The notes below the pieces were generated by a model. The model was not told the origin of the DNA. It worked only from the letters and a program-made list of their open reading frames with translations, and did no database searches. The position numbers and the translations under genes were made by a program. A DNA stretch of 64,000 nucleotides from Dehalococcoidia bacterium. GTDB taxonomy: Bacteria; Chloroflexota; Dehalococcoidia; Lucifugimonadales; UBA1127. Shown in pieces: positions 46,503 through 55,596 of this stretch (positions are counted from its first letter, which is position 1; each line of letters begins with the position of its first letter). The DNA lies in assembly GCA_965261405.1 (NCBI GenBank), contig CBDHDD010000002.1, forward strand, positions 1,075,880 to 1,139,879. The letters are read 5' to 3'.

Positions 46503-47789
46503 GTGATGATAGAGGCAACAACGGAAGCGGGCCTCACAACACCCTTGCCCTCGCTGGCGGAGCGCTACCGGCGGGTGCGCCAGTGGACGGAGCAGCTCTG
46601 CAGCCCCCTGGCGACGGAGGACTACGTCATCCAGTCCATGCCGGACGCGAGCCCCGTACGCTGGCACCTTGCGCACACCACTTGGTTCTTCGAGACCTTT
46701 GTCCTCAAGCCCTTCGTCCCGGACTACCAGCCCTACCACCCGCTGTACGAGTTCCTCTTCAACTCCTACTACAACGCCGTGGGGGCGCAATATCCCCGGC
46801 CGGAACGCGGCCTTCTCTCCCGCCCCTCCGTCAGCGAGGTGTACCAGTACCGCTCCCACGTGGACCACGCGCTGCTGGACTACATCGAGACCGCCACGCG
46901 GGAGCAGGTGGCGCGCCTTGAAGAGACCCTGGTCCTCGGCTTCAACCATGAGCAGCAGCATCAGGAATTGCTCATAACGGACCTGAAGCACATGCTCTCC
47001 CACAACCCGCTGGAGCCGGTGTACACGCCAGCGCCCCCGTCGTCGCCAAGCATCGTGCCCGAGTTGCGGTGGGTGAGCATCCCCGGCGGCTTGTACACCG
47101 TAGGCCACGAGGGGGGAGGCTTCAGTTTCGACAGCGAGGGACCGCGGCATCAGACGCTGCTACAGGACGCCAGGATCGCCTCGCGCCTGGTCACCACCGG
47201 GGAATACCTCGAATTCATGGGGGACGGCGCGTACCAACGCTCCGACCTCTGGCTCTCCGACGGCTGGCGCACCGTCCAAGAGCAGGGCTGGTGCGCGCCC
47301 CTCTACTGGGTGGAACGCGACGGAGCGTGGTGGCAGTTCACCCTGCATGGCATGCGCCCCGTCGACCTCGCCGAGCCCGTTTGCCACGTGAGCCACTACG
47401 AGGCGGACGCCTTCGCCCGCTGGGCCGGCGCGCGCCTTCCCACGGAGGCGGAATGGGAGGTGGCGGCTTCCTCGCTGCCCACCCATGGCAACTTCGCGGA
47501 GTCGCGCGCCTTCCATCCGACGCCGGCCCCGGACGCGTCCGGCAGCATGACGCAGGCCTTCGGCGACGTATGGGAGTGGACGCAGAGCGCCTATTTGCCG
47601 TACCCCGGCTTCCGCGCGGCCCCCGGCGCCATCGGCGAGTACAACGGCAAGTTCATGTCCGGCCAGATGGTGTTGCGGGGCGGCTCCTGCGCCACACCTG
47701 CATCCCACATCCGCGCCACGTACCGCAACTTCTTCCCACCATCCGCTCGCTGGCAGTTTACCGGCCTTCGCCTTGCACAGGACGCGTAG
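46503..47789 (+). CDS. egtB: hercynine oxygenase / sulfoxide synthase (ergothioneine biosynthesis)
   Basis: 428 aa. N-terminal DinB-like domain with the HEQQHQE iron-binding motif and a C-terminal FGE-sulfatase-like domain. Confidence 0.85.
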   Translation: MMIEATTEAGLTTPLPSLAERYRRVRQWTEQLCSPLATEDYVIQSMPDASPVRWHLAHTTWFFETFVLKPFVPDYQPYHPLYEFLFNSYYNAVGAQYPRPERGLLSRPSVSEVYQYRSHVDHALLDYIETATREQVARLEETLVLGFNHEQQHQELLITDLKHMLSHNPLEPVYTPAPPSSPSIVPELRWVSIPGGLYTVGHEGGGFSFDSEGPRHQTLLQDARIASRLVTTGEYLEFMGDGAYQRSDLWLSDGWRTVQEQGWCAPLYWVERDGAWWQFTLHGMRPVDLAEPVCHVSHYEADAFARWAGARLPTEAEWEVAASSLPTHGNFAESRAFHPTPAPDASGSMTQAFGDVWEWTQSAYLPYPGFRAAPGAIGEYNGKFMSGQMVLRGGSCATPASHIRATYRNFFPPSARWQFTGLRLAQDA

Positions 47790-47807
47790 CGCTTCCGAGA
47801 GCATTCG

Positions 47808-47843
47808 ATGAGGCGCGGTAGCGCGGGCTGTCGCGCCTCATTT
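47808..47843 (+). terminator. hairpin downstream of egtB
   Basis: 10-bp stem ATGAGGCGCG / CGCGCCTCAT with a 14-nt loop, followed by TTTG, 19 nt after the stop. Confidence 0.5.
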
Positions 47844-48078
47844 GCGTCAAGGTGCAACGGTCTTCTGACGCCTCCCACTTCAGAGTAGTTAGTTGGCGCT
47901 ACTACTACATGGTCTCGAGAGGGGGGCGTGCCGTCGGCGAAGGGGTCGGTCGCGATGGGCGATTTCGGGGATGACGGCAGCTTTGTGGCGAAGGTGCGAG
48001 GTTGCATTGACCGTGGTGGACGTGGTATCACTGCGTAGTTTGCACCCGGCGTCACAATTGAGAGGAGTCACCACCCCC

Positions 48079-49209
48079 ATGAAGTTCTACAATTTCGACG
48101 AGTTCACGTATCCCGGGATACCCGATGAGGTTGGCCCGGAAACCCTGCAGACCAACCGCTTCTGCGACCCCGGCCTTGTGGCGGAGACCTACCGGGAGCA
48201 CCTGGAGGAGTTCATCTATTGCGAGGAGCTGGGGTTTGAGGGGGTGTTCGTCAACGAGCACCACTTCACGTACTTCAGCCTGAACCCCTCGAGCACGCCG
48301 CTGGCGGCGGCGCTCATCGCGAAGACGGAGCGGATGAAGGTGGGCGTGATGGGGCACGTGCTGCCGCTGCGCCACCCGGTGCACACGGCGGAGGAGTTCG
48401 CGCAGCTCGACTGCCTGTCGGGCGGGCGGTTCATCGGCGGCATCGTGCGGGGCGTGCCGCAGGAGCTGATCTCGTACAACGTGGACCCGTTCACGAGCCG
48501 GGAGCGCTTCGCGGAGTCGTACGACATCGTGAAGCGGTGCCTGTCGGAAGAGCTGTTCGACTACGAGGGGAAGTTCTACAACCTTCGGGCGGTCTCGGTG
48601 TGGCCGAAGCCGATCCAGAACCCGCTGCCGATCTGGATGCCCGCGGGGTCGGCGGAGACCATCGAGTTCGCGGCGGAGCGGCACATCCCCATCGCGCGGG
48701 TGTGGAACCCGACGGCGGTCTTTCAGGACGCCTTCGAATACTACAAGGACGTGGCTCGGGAGCAGTTCGGATGGGAGGCCACGCCGGAGTACTGCATCGG
48801 ATCTCGGTACCTGCACGTGGCAGAGACGAACGAGCAGGCGATCGAGGAGTGCCGCGAGGCGGTGATGTACGTGCGGCGGCTGACGGCGTTCAGTCGACCG
48901 GTGCCGATGCCGGCGCCGCTGCCGGGCGTGCAGACGGACCGCAGTTTCGACTACCGGAAGCGCTCGCGGGGCGCGGAGATGCCGGCGCCGGGGACGCCGT
49001 TCGAGAAGCTGCGGGAGTCGGGGTACATCGTGTGCGGCGACCCGGACTACGTGGCGGAGTGGCTTCGCAACGACATGGAGACGGCGGGCTACGGCCACTT
49101 CCTGGGGATGTTCCGGTGCGGCAAGCTGAAGCACGAGCACGTCATGAAGTCCAAGAAGCTGTTTGCGGACTATGTGATGCCCCAATTGGCGGGGGTCAAC
49201 GCCAGCTAA
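48079..49209 (+). CDS. luciferase-like (LLM class) flavin-dependent oxidoreductase
   Basis: 376 aa from MKFYNFDEF behind GAGAGGAG. LLM TIM-barrel-type sequence. Confidence 0.8.
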   Translation: MKFYNFDEFTYPGIPDEVGPETLQTNRFCDPGLVAETYREHLEEFIYCEELGFEGVFVNEHHFTYFSLNPSSTPLAAALIAKTERMKVGVMGHVLPLRHPVHTAEEFAQLDCLSGGRFIGGIVRGVPQELISYNVDPFTSRERFAESYDIVKRCLSEELFDYEGKFYNLRAVSVWPKPIQNPLPIWMPAGSAETIEFAAERHIPIARVWNPTAVFQDAFEYYKDVAREQFGWEATPEYCIGSRYLHVAETNEQAIEECREAVMYVRRLTAFSRPVPMPAPLPGVQTDRSFDYRKRSRGAEMPAPGTPFEKLRESGYIVCGDPDYVAEWLRNDMETAGYGHFLGMFRCGKLKHEHVMKSKKLFADYVMPQLAGVNAS

Positions 49210-49269
49210 ACCAAACCATCATCGGCCGGCGGACAATGCACATGGCGTGCCGGCCTGGGAGGCGATCTC

Positions 49270-49779
49270 ATGCCGCTGCCCCTCTACGACGGCGCGAACC
49301 ACGTGCTCGACCAGGACTCGCCGGAGATCACGCGGCTCATCCAGGAAACCCGCGACGGCATGGCCGTGGGCGGCTGGGAGTTGGCTGTGCCCGAACCGGG
49401 GCCCGACGGCAACCCGTTCCTGTTCATCTTCGTCGGGCCGACGACGGAGCACCGGGGAAGCGGGCTTCGGCTGCACATGGCGGCAGCGGACGGCGGCGCA
49501 ATACCGGACACGGCGCAGGTGCTGGTAGAGAGCTTTTACAAGTCGGGCTCGGAGCGGCAAGCGATCTTCGCGGGGGAGTACGGGGAGTTCAGCGCGATAG
49601 CGAACCAGGAGGACCCGGGCGCCTCGCTATCGGCGCAGCGGCGGGTTGAGTCGGGCGAGGACTACCTCGTGCGCGTCGAGGTGTCCGTGCCGGAGGGCGG
49701 GCCAGCGCCGGATCCGACGGCGGCGGGCTCGGACTTCCACATCGATTGCGTGAAGATCTGGTGGACCGAATCGGCGTAG
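49270..49779 (+). CDS. hypothetical protein
   Basis: 169 aa behind GGGAGG, with coding-like composition. No domain recognised. Confidence 0.5.
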   Translation: MPLPLYDGANHVLDQDSPEITRLIQETRDGMAVGGWELAVPEPGPDGNPFLFIFVGPTTEHRGSGLRLHMAAADGGAIPDTAQVLVESFYKSGSERQAIFAGEYGEFSAIANQEDPGASLSAQRRVESGEDYLVRVEVSVPEGGPAPDPTAAGSDFHIDCVKIWWTESA

Positions 49780-49857
49780 GGGACCCCCATCCAGACTGCC
49801 CCCCTAGGGGGGGAGGTGGCACAAGGCGTCAAAATCACTCTGAGGTAGGGTACAAAC

Positions 49858-50712
49858 ATGGGCGCAGCGGATGGCGCGGTTTACAAAAGGCATACGGCGC
49901 AGGTTGACGGCGTGGACGTGGCCTACCTGCGCGGCGGACGGCTGGAGCAGTACGCGCCGGTGGTCTACCTGCACGGCATGGGGCCCTCGGGACGGTGGGA
50001 GAGCTACCACATGGCCATGGGCACCGTCACGGACATCTGGGCGCCGCAACTGCCGGGCTGGGCAGAGGGCGAACCGCCGGAGGGCATCGGCAGCCTCGAG
50101 GACTATACCCGGCTGATTGGCGCGTTCCTGGACGACGCGGGCATCGGGGAGGCGACGCTGGTGGGCCACTGCGTCGGCGGGTGGCTGGCGCTGCAGCTCG
50201 CGGTGCAGCAGCCGGAGCGGTTCCGACGGTTGGTGCTCGTCGACGCGCTGGGGCTGGCGCGGGAGGACACGCCGCCGGTTGATTTGGCCGCACTGGACGA
50301 CGAGGCCTTCGCGACGGGGGTGTTTGCGCGGCTGGGGGTCATCGCGACGGCGGACCCGACGGGCTTCGGCGCGGCGTGGGAGAACGTGCGGCAGGGGCCG
50401 GAGTTCATGCGGCAGTCGAAGGGGCGCGGGACGCTGCTGAGCCAGACTGGAGGGGCCATCGGCGACGCGGAACTGACCAAGGCGGCGGAGGCGCTGACGG
50501 CGGACACGCTGCTCGTGTGGGGCGCCGCCGACGGCATCGCGCCGCTGTCGCAGGCGGAGGCGCTGCGGGAGCGCATGCCCAACTCGCAGTTGGCGGTGAT
50601 CGACGGGGCCGGCCACCTCCCCATGGCGGAGCGGCCGGAGACGTTCAACCGCATCCTGCGCAACTACATCATCGGCTCGGACGAGACGGTCCCGAACGTG
50701 ACGCTGCGGTAG
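49858..50712 (+). CDS. alpha/beta-fold hydrolase with Cys in the nucleophile elbow
   Basis: 284 aa. HGMGPSG oxyanion region, LVGHCVGGW elbow (G-x-C-x-G), WGAADG (Asp), GAGHLP (His). Confidence 0.8.
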   Translation: MGAADGAVYKRHTAQVDGVDVAYLRGGRLEQYAPVVYLHGMGPSGRWESYHMAMGTVTDIWAPQLPGWAEGEPPEGIGSLEDYTRLIGAFLDDAGIGEATLVGHCVGGWLALQLAVQQPERFRRLVLVDALGLAREDTPPVDLAALDDEAFATGVFARLGVIATADPTGFGAAWENVRQGPEFMRQSKGRGTLLSQTGGAIGDAELTKAAEALTADTLLVWGAADGIAPLSQAEALRERMPNSQLAVIDGAGHLPMAERPETFNRILRNYIIGSDETVPNVTLR

Positions 50713-50720
50713 GGGGCTTG

Positions 50721-51071
50721 ATGAAGGTGCGTTGCGTCGTGGTGTATCAGCAAACGCCCAACAACTATTGCGCGTATGTCCCGGACTTTCCGGGGTGCGT
50801 CAGCACGGGGAAGACGTGGGAAGACATACAGGTCAACATCAAGGAAGCCATCGAAGGCCACATTGAGCTCATGGCGGAATACGGCGACCCGTTCCCAGAG
50901 CGATACATGACTCTTGATGAAGCGGTAGCCGTCCACAACGAGCCTATGCCCCCGCACTGGCAGGCGGAATACGACGCACTATCAGACGGGGACGAAGCCG
51001 ACCACCCGGACCTGCCCGATGTCTTTGACTGGATAGAACTTGAGGTTCCGTCACCAGCTCGCGCTGGGTAG
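50721..51071 (+). CDS. HicB-like (UPF0150) antitoxin-fold protein, no HicA partner seen
   Basis: 116 aa. NYCAYVPDFPGCVSTGKTWEDIQVNIKEAIEGHIE is typical of the HicB N-terminal domain. Acidic C-terminal tail and no obvious DNA-binding domain. Confidence 0.65.
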   Translation: MKVRCVVVYQQTPNNYCAYVPDFPGCVSTGKTWEDIQVNIKEAIEGHIELMAEYGDPFPERYMTLDEAVAVHNEPMPPHWQAEYDALSDGDEADHPDLPDVFDWIELEVPSPARAG

Positions 51072-51258
51072 CCCTTGCTCCGGCGTCCATGCGCTTAGCA
51101 GCCGCGTTGGCGAAGCCACCCACCATTAGCCCACGTGCTCCCGGCGCTAACTCTGCAAAGTGCCCGCAGAGCCCCACTGGAAACACTTTCTTGCTCCAGC
51201 GCCTCACCCTACACTAACGCCATATCCACCACCCCTTGGCACCGGAGGCTGAGCCCCT

Positions 51259-52041
51259 ATGCCCCCCAAACCAGAGCAGGACAGCGTCACCAGCGGCAGC
51301 GCCACCATCGAGTACAGCGTCGTGCGGAGCGCGCGGCGGAAGCGGACGATCACGCTGCGGGTGCTCCGCGGCGCGGTCGAGGTGCTGGCGCCGAAGCGCA
51401 CGTCGAAGCGCGATATCCGCTCGTTTGTTGAAAGCAAGTCGCAGTGGGTGCTCGACAAGCTGACCAACCCCCCGGTGCGCGCTCAGGTGACGCCCTTCGG
51501 CCACGGGGACACCGTACCCTACCTGGGCTACACCCGGCCGCTCGTGGTGCAGGCGGGGACAACCAAGACCGTCGAAGTCAGCCTCCACGACCATTTCTGC
51601 GGCGCGACTGACGATGCACCGGATAACCTCGTTCTTCACCACTTCCACGTGACGGTCCCCGAAGGCATTGACGACGAGACCCGGCCGCAACGTGTGCGGA
51701 ACGCGCTGGCACGGTGGTACTCGGCGCGGGCGGAAAAGTGGTTCACCGAGGAAGTCGCGGAGTGGCTTCCACTGGTGGCGCCCAAGGCCAAGCCTGAGGT
51801 GCGCATCAGCAGCGCGCGGTCGCAATGGGGGAGCTGCTCAAGGAGCGGAGTTTTGCGCTTCAGTTGGCGGTGCATGATGCTGCAGCCGTACGAGATCGAG
51901 TACATCGTCGTGCATGAACTGGCGCACCTGCTCGTGGGAAACCACTCGAAGGCGTTCTGGCGCGTGGTGACGAAGGCGATGCCGGACGCGATCGAGCACC
52001 GCAGGGGCATCACGCGGAAGGCGAAGACGCTGCCGCGGTAG
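51259..52041 (+). CDS. M48-like / DUF45 (YgjP-type) metal-dependent hydrolase
   Basis: 260 aa. WGSCS...I and IVVHELAHLLVGNHSKAFW (HExxH) motifs. Confidence 0.75.
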   Translation: MPPKPEQDSVTSGSATIEYSVVRSARRKRTITLRVLRGAVEVLAPKRTSKRDIRSFVESKSQWVLDKLTNPPVRAQVTPFGHGDTVPYLGYTRPLVVQAGTTKTVEVSLHDHFCGATDDAPDNLVLHHFHVTVPEGIDDETRPQRVRNALARWYSARAEKWFTEEVAEWLPLVAPKAKPEVRISSARSQWGSCSRSGVLRFSWRCMMLQPYEIEYIVVHELAHLLVGNHSKAFWRVVTKAMPDAIEHRRGITRKAKTLPR

Positions 52042-52137
52042 GGGGGAGCCACAGGTCACGGCGGTGGGGGTTCAGGATTTGTGACCATGGTCATGACTAT
52101 GGTATTATTCAATGAAATATGTGAGCAGGATAGGGCG

Positions 52138-52416
52138 ATGACGACAAACAACGAAACGGGTTCAACTCGGACCATCAAGGCGTCAGAGTTCAAGGCAAAA
52201 TGCCTGCAGCTCATGGACGAAGTGGCGGAGAGCGGCGAGGAAATCGTCATCACGAAATTCGGGAAGCCGGTGGCGAAGCTTATGCCGCTCCGGCAGAAGC
52301 CTAAGACTCTCTTCGGCATCGACCGCGGGCGTATCGAAATCCTTGGCGATATCGTGTCGCCATTAGATGAGGAGTGGGACGCCGAGACCGGCAAGAACTG
52401 GATTGAGCCACTGTAA
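52138..52416 (+). CDS. type II antitoxin, Phd/YefM family
   Basis: 92 aa. IKASEFKAKCLQLMDEV...EEIVITKFGKPVAKLMP. Its stop overlaps the start of the PIN toxin gene by 1 nt. Confidence 0.75.
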   Translation: MTTNNETGSTRTIKASEFKAKCLQLMDEVAESGEEIVITKFGKPVAKLMPLRQKPKTLFGIDRGRIEILGDIVSPLDEEWDAETGKNWIEPL

Positions 52417-52811
52417 TGCTGCTGGATACACAGGTCCTCTTGTGGCTGAGGTTGGGGGACTCACGGCTTGGCCCTGAGGCGCGAAATTTGATTGAGGAAG
52501 TGTGGCAGCTAGATGAAATAGCCGTTTCCGCAATCTCCTTTTGGGAAGTGGCAATGCTGGCCCTAAAGGGGCGCATTCGACTTCCCGAAAGCGTTTCGAC
52601 TTGGAGGCTGCGTCAATTGGAAGAAGGGGTTATCGAAATCCCTCTTGACGGCGCTACGGCAGTCAGAGCGGGGTTGCTATCGGAAATGCATGGGGACCCT
52701 GCAGACAGGATTATCGTTGCAACTGCCCTTGGCGGACACAAACTGATGACGGCCGACCAGCGGATACTCGACTGGCCGGGGCGCGTGACTCGGCTGGACG
52801 CTCGGGAGTAG
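52416..52811 (+). CDS. vapC: type II toxin, PIN-domain VapC family
   Basis: 131 aa. Acidic PIN residues in MLLDTQ, SFWEV and DPADRIIVATA. Confidence 0.85.
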   Translation: MLLDTQVLLWLRLGDSRLGPEARNLIEEVWQLDEIAVSAISFWEVAMLALKGRIRLPESVSTWRLRQLEEGVIEIPLDGATAVRAGLLSEMHGDPADRIIVATALGGHKLMTADQRILDWPGRVTRLDARE

Positions 52812-52833
52812 GCAGCTTCGAGTCGAGCTGGCC

Positions 52834-54288
52834 CTACACGTCGCGGCGGCGGGGGGAGTAGGAGGTGATGCGGCGGCGGGAGCGACGGGCGACGCCTGTG
52901 CGCTGTGCGGCGGCGGCAACCTCTCGGGCGACGCGGCGGACGACGTTCTTGTCGAAGATGCTGGGGATGATGAAGTCCTCGTTCAGGTCGCTGTTTGGGA
53001 CGCCGGCGGCGATGGCTTGGGCCGCTGCCAGCTTCATCTCCTCATTGATCTCGCGGGCGCGGACGTCGAGGGCGCCGCGGAAGATGCCGGGGAAGCAGAG
53101 GGCGTTGTTGATCTGGTTTGGGTAGTCAGAGCGGCCCGTGGCCATGACGCGCGCGATGCCCTGGGCCTCCTCCGGCCAGATCTCCGGGTCCGGGTTGGCC
53201 ATGGCAAAGACGATGGGTTCGTCGTTCATTTCCCGCACCATGTTCGCCGTCACGGTGTTGGGGGCGGAGAGGCCCAGGAAGACGTCGGCGCCCTGCAGCG
53301 CCTTGGCCAGGTCGCCCTCGATGTTGTCGGGGTTGCTGATCTCGGCGAAGTCGTCCTTGGCCTTGTTGCCACGATTGTCGCGGCCGCGGTAGACGATGCC
53401 CTGGGTGTCGCAGCCGATGATGTTGAAGCAGCCGGCGGTCATGAGGATCTTGGCGCACGCGATGCCGCTGGCCCCCACGCCGTTGACCGCCACCTTGATG
53501 TCCTGCATCTGTTTGCCGGAAATCTTGAGGGCGTTGATGAGGCCCGCCAGCACCACGACAGCGGTGCCGTGCTGGTCGTCGTGGAAGATGGGGATGTCCA
53601 ACTCGTCCTTGAGGCGCTCCTCGACGTAGAAACAGCGGGGCGCGGAGATGTCCTCAAGGTTGATGCCGCCAAAGCCCGGGCTGATGGCCTTAACGATGCT
53701 GACGATCTCGTCCGGGTCCTTGGTGTCGAGGCAGATGGGATAGGCGTCGACACCTGCTAGCTCCTTGAATAGGACGGCCTTGCCCTCCATGACGGGCAAC
53801 GCGCCGCCGGGGCCGATGTCGCCCAATCCGAGGACCGCAGTGCCATCGGTGACGACGGCGACGGTGTTGCCCTTGCCGGTGAGCGTCCACAGGGCGTTGG
53901 GGTCATGGTGGATGGCCATGCTGACCCGGCCCACGCCCGGGGTGTAGACGATGGACATGTCATTGCGAGTGGTGACGGGAGCGCGGCTGTTGACCTCTAT
54001 CTTGCCGCCAAGGTGACGCAGGAAGACGGGGTCCGAGACGCTAAGGACCCGGACGCCGGTGATGCGCCGGACGCTGCTCGTGATCTCCTCGCCGTGGGCG
54101 ACGTTGCGGGCGTTGACGGTGATGTCGCGAACCATGCTGCTTCGGCTGGAGCTGACGGTGTCGATGGCGCCGATGTCGCCCTGAACCTCGCCGATGGCGG
54201 AAGTGATGACGCCGAGCATCCCGGCACGGTTGGGGTACTGAGCGCGGACGGTGATGCTGTAGGCGATGCTCGGATTGTTGGCGGCCAT
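52834..54288 (-). CDS. NAD(P)-dependent malic enzyme with an N-terminal ACT-like domain
   Basis: 484 aa from MAANNPS behind GGAGGAATCC. ACT-like segment, then malic-enzyme N and NAD-binding domains (FHDDQHGTA, VNGVGASGIA). Confidence 0.9.
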   Translation of the reverse strand: MAANNPSIAYSITVRAQYPNRAGMLGVITSAIGEVQGDIGAIDTVSSSRSSMVRDITVNARNVAHGEEITSSVRRITGVRVLSVSDPVFLRHLGGKIEVNSRAPVTTRNDMSIVYTPGVGRVSMAIHHDPNALWTLTGKGNTVAVVTDGTAVLGLGDIGPGGALPVMEGKAVLFKELAGVDAYPICLDTKDPDEIVSIVKAISPGFGGINLEDISAPRCFYVEERLKDELDIPIFHDDQHGTAVVVLAGLINALKISGKQMQDIKVAVNGVGASGIACAKILMTAGCFNIIGCDTQGIVYRGRDNRGNKAKDDFAEISNPDNIEGDLAKALQGADVFLGLSAPNTVTANMVREMNDEPIVFAMANPDPEIWPEEAQGIARVMATGRSDYPNQINNALCFPGIFRGALDVRAREINEEMKLAAAQAIAAGVPNSDLNEDFIIPSIFDKNVVRRVAREVAAAAQRTGVARRSRRRITSYSPRRRDV

Positions 54289-54602
54289 AGCTGGATTCCT
54301 CCCCGGCGGTGTTGGGCTGCGGGTCTGTGCCCGCTCACCCTTGGGTTGCCGCTGTAGGGCGCAGCATCCCAACTGGTGCAGAATGCCGTCATGGTACCTA
54401 ACGCCCAGCTATGCGGCAAGGGCAAGAGCGTCCGCGGGGCCTTTAGCAGAGTAAGCGCTCAGGTATGGGACTGGTTCTCTGCATCTATGAACATGCGCGT
54501 TGACATAGGATTGGTCTATATCAGCGCCCGCCGCCCGTTCACATTTTTGGGCGGCAGCGGGCTGGGTCTACAATGGAAGCGGACACCTTTGCGGAGGCGT
54601 AC

Positions 54603-55574
54603 ATGATCGACGGCCGGGTGTTTGTGACGAGGGAGATTTCGACGGATGCGCTCGCGAGGCTTCGGGAGGCCTTTGCCGAAGTGGACGTGTGGGAGGACTA
54701 TGCGCCGCCACCGCCGGACAAGCTTTCCGAGCGTGCCGCCGGATGCGTCGCCATTGTGACGATGGTGTCGGACCGAGTGGACGCAGCGCTGTTGAACGCC
54801 GCGCCGACGCTCAAGGTTATCGCCAACATGGCGGTGGGCTACAACAACGTCGACGTTACGACCTGCATGGGCCGCGGCGTGCTGGTGTCGAATACGCCGA
54901 ACGTGCTGGAGGAGACGACTGCGGACATGGCCTTCGCGCTGATGCTGGCTACGGCCCGCTTAGTCGTGGCCTCGGACGCCGACACCCGCGCAGGCAACTG
55001 GGGACTGTGGCACCCCGAGCTGTGGCTGGGGACGGACGTGTACGGGGCGTCGCTGGGGATCGTCGGCATGGGGGCCATCGGGAGCGCGGTGGCGCGTCGG
55101 GCACGCGGGTTCGACATGCGCATCCGGTACACGGCGAACAACCGGCGGACTGAAGCGGAAGCTGCGCTGGCGGCGGAGTTTGTGCCGGACCTGAAGGAGC
55201 TGCTGGCGCAGTCTGACTTCGTGTCGCTGCACGTGCCGCTGACGCCGACGACGCACAACCTCATCGGCGCGGAGGAGCTGGCGTGCATGCGGTCGACGGC
55301 GTTCTTGATCAACACCTCTCGCGGGGACGTGGTGGACACGCAAGCGTTGGTTGAGGCGCTGCGGGAGGGCCGGATTGCGGGAGCGGGGCTGGACGTGACG
55401 GCGCCGGAGCCGATTCCCGCCGACCATCCGCTGCTGTCGCTGTTGAACGTGGTGGTGACGCCGCACATCGGCAGCGCGAGCCACGCGACGCGGCGGCGGA
55501 TGGCGATGATGGCAGTCGAGAACGCCATCGCGGCGTGCAGCGGTGAGGCAATGCCGAGCCGCGTGGTGGGGTAG
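54603..55574 (+). CDS. D-isomer-specific 2-hydroxyacid dehydrogenase (glyoxylate/hydroxypyruvate reductase-like)
   Basis: GIVGMGAIGSAVARRA Rossmann motif, NTSRG, PHIGSAS. Start placed at ATG 54603 behind GGAGG; the ORF opens at 54573. Confidence 0.85.
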   Translation: MIDGRVFVTREISTDALARLREAFAEVDVWEDYAPPPPDKLSERAAGCVAIVTMVSDRVDAALLNAAPTLKVIANMAVGYNNVDVTTCMGRGVLVSNTPNVLEETTADMAFALMLATARLVVASDADTRAGNWGLWHPELWLGTDVYGASLGIVGMGAIGSAVARRARGFDMRIRYTANNRRTEAEAALAAEFVPDLKELLAQSDFVSLHVPLTPTTHNLIGAEELACMRSTAFLINTSRGDVVDTQALVEALREGRIAGAGLDVTAPEPIPADHPLLSLLNVVVTPHIGSASHATRRRMAMMAVENAIAACSGEAMPSRVVG

Positions 55575-55596
55575 TAGCGAATCACGCCGGCGCGCG

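Noticed and set aside
50376-50720. Searched for a HicA toxin ORF next to the HicB-like gene, including the long ORF 50376-51071.
   Set aside because: The upstream part of that ORF is an alternative frame of the hydrolase gene with Arg/Gly-rich junk. No 60-80-aa ORF with a HicA-like pattern was found on either side.
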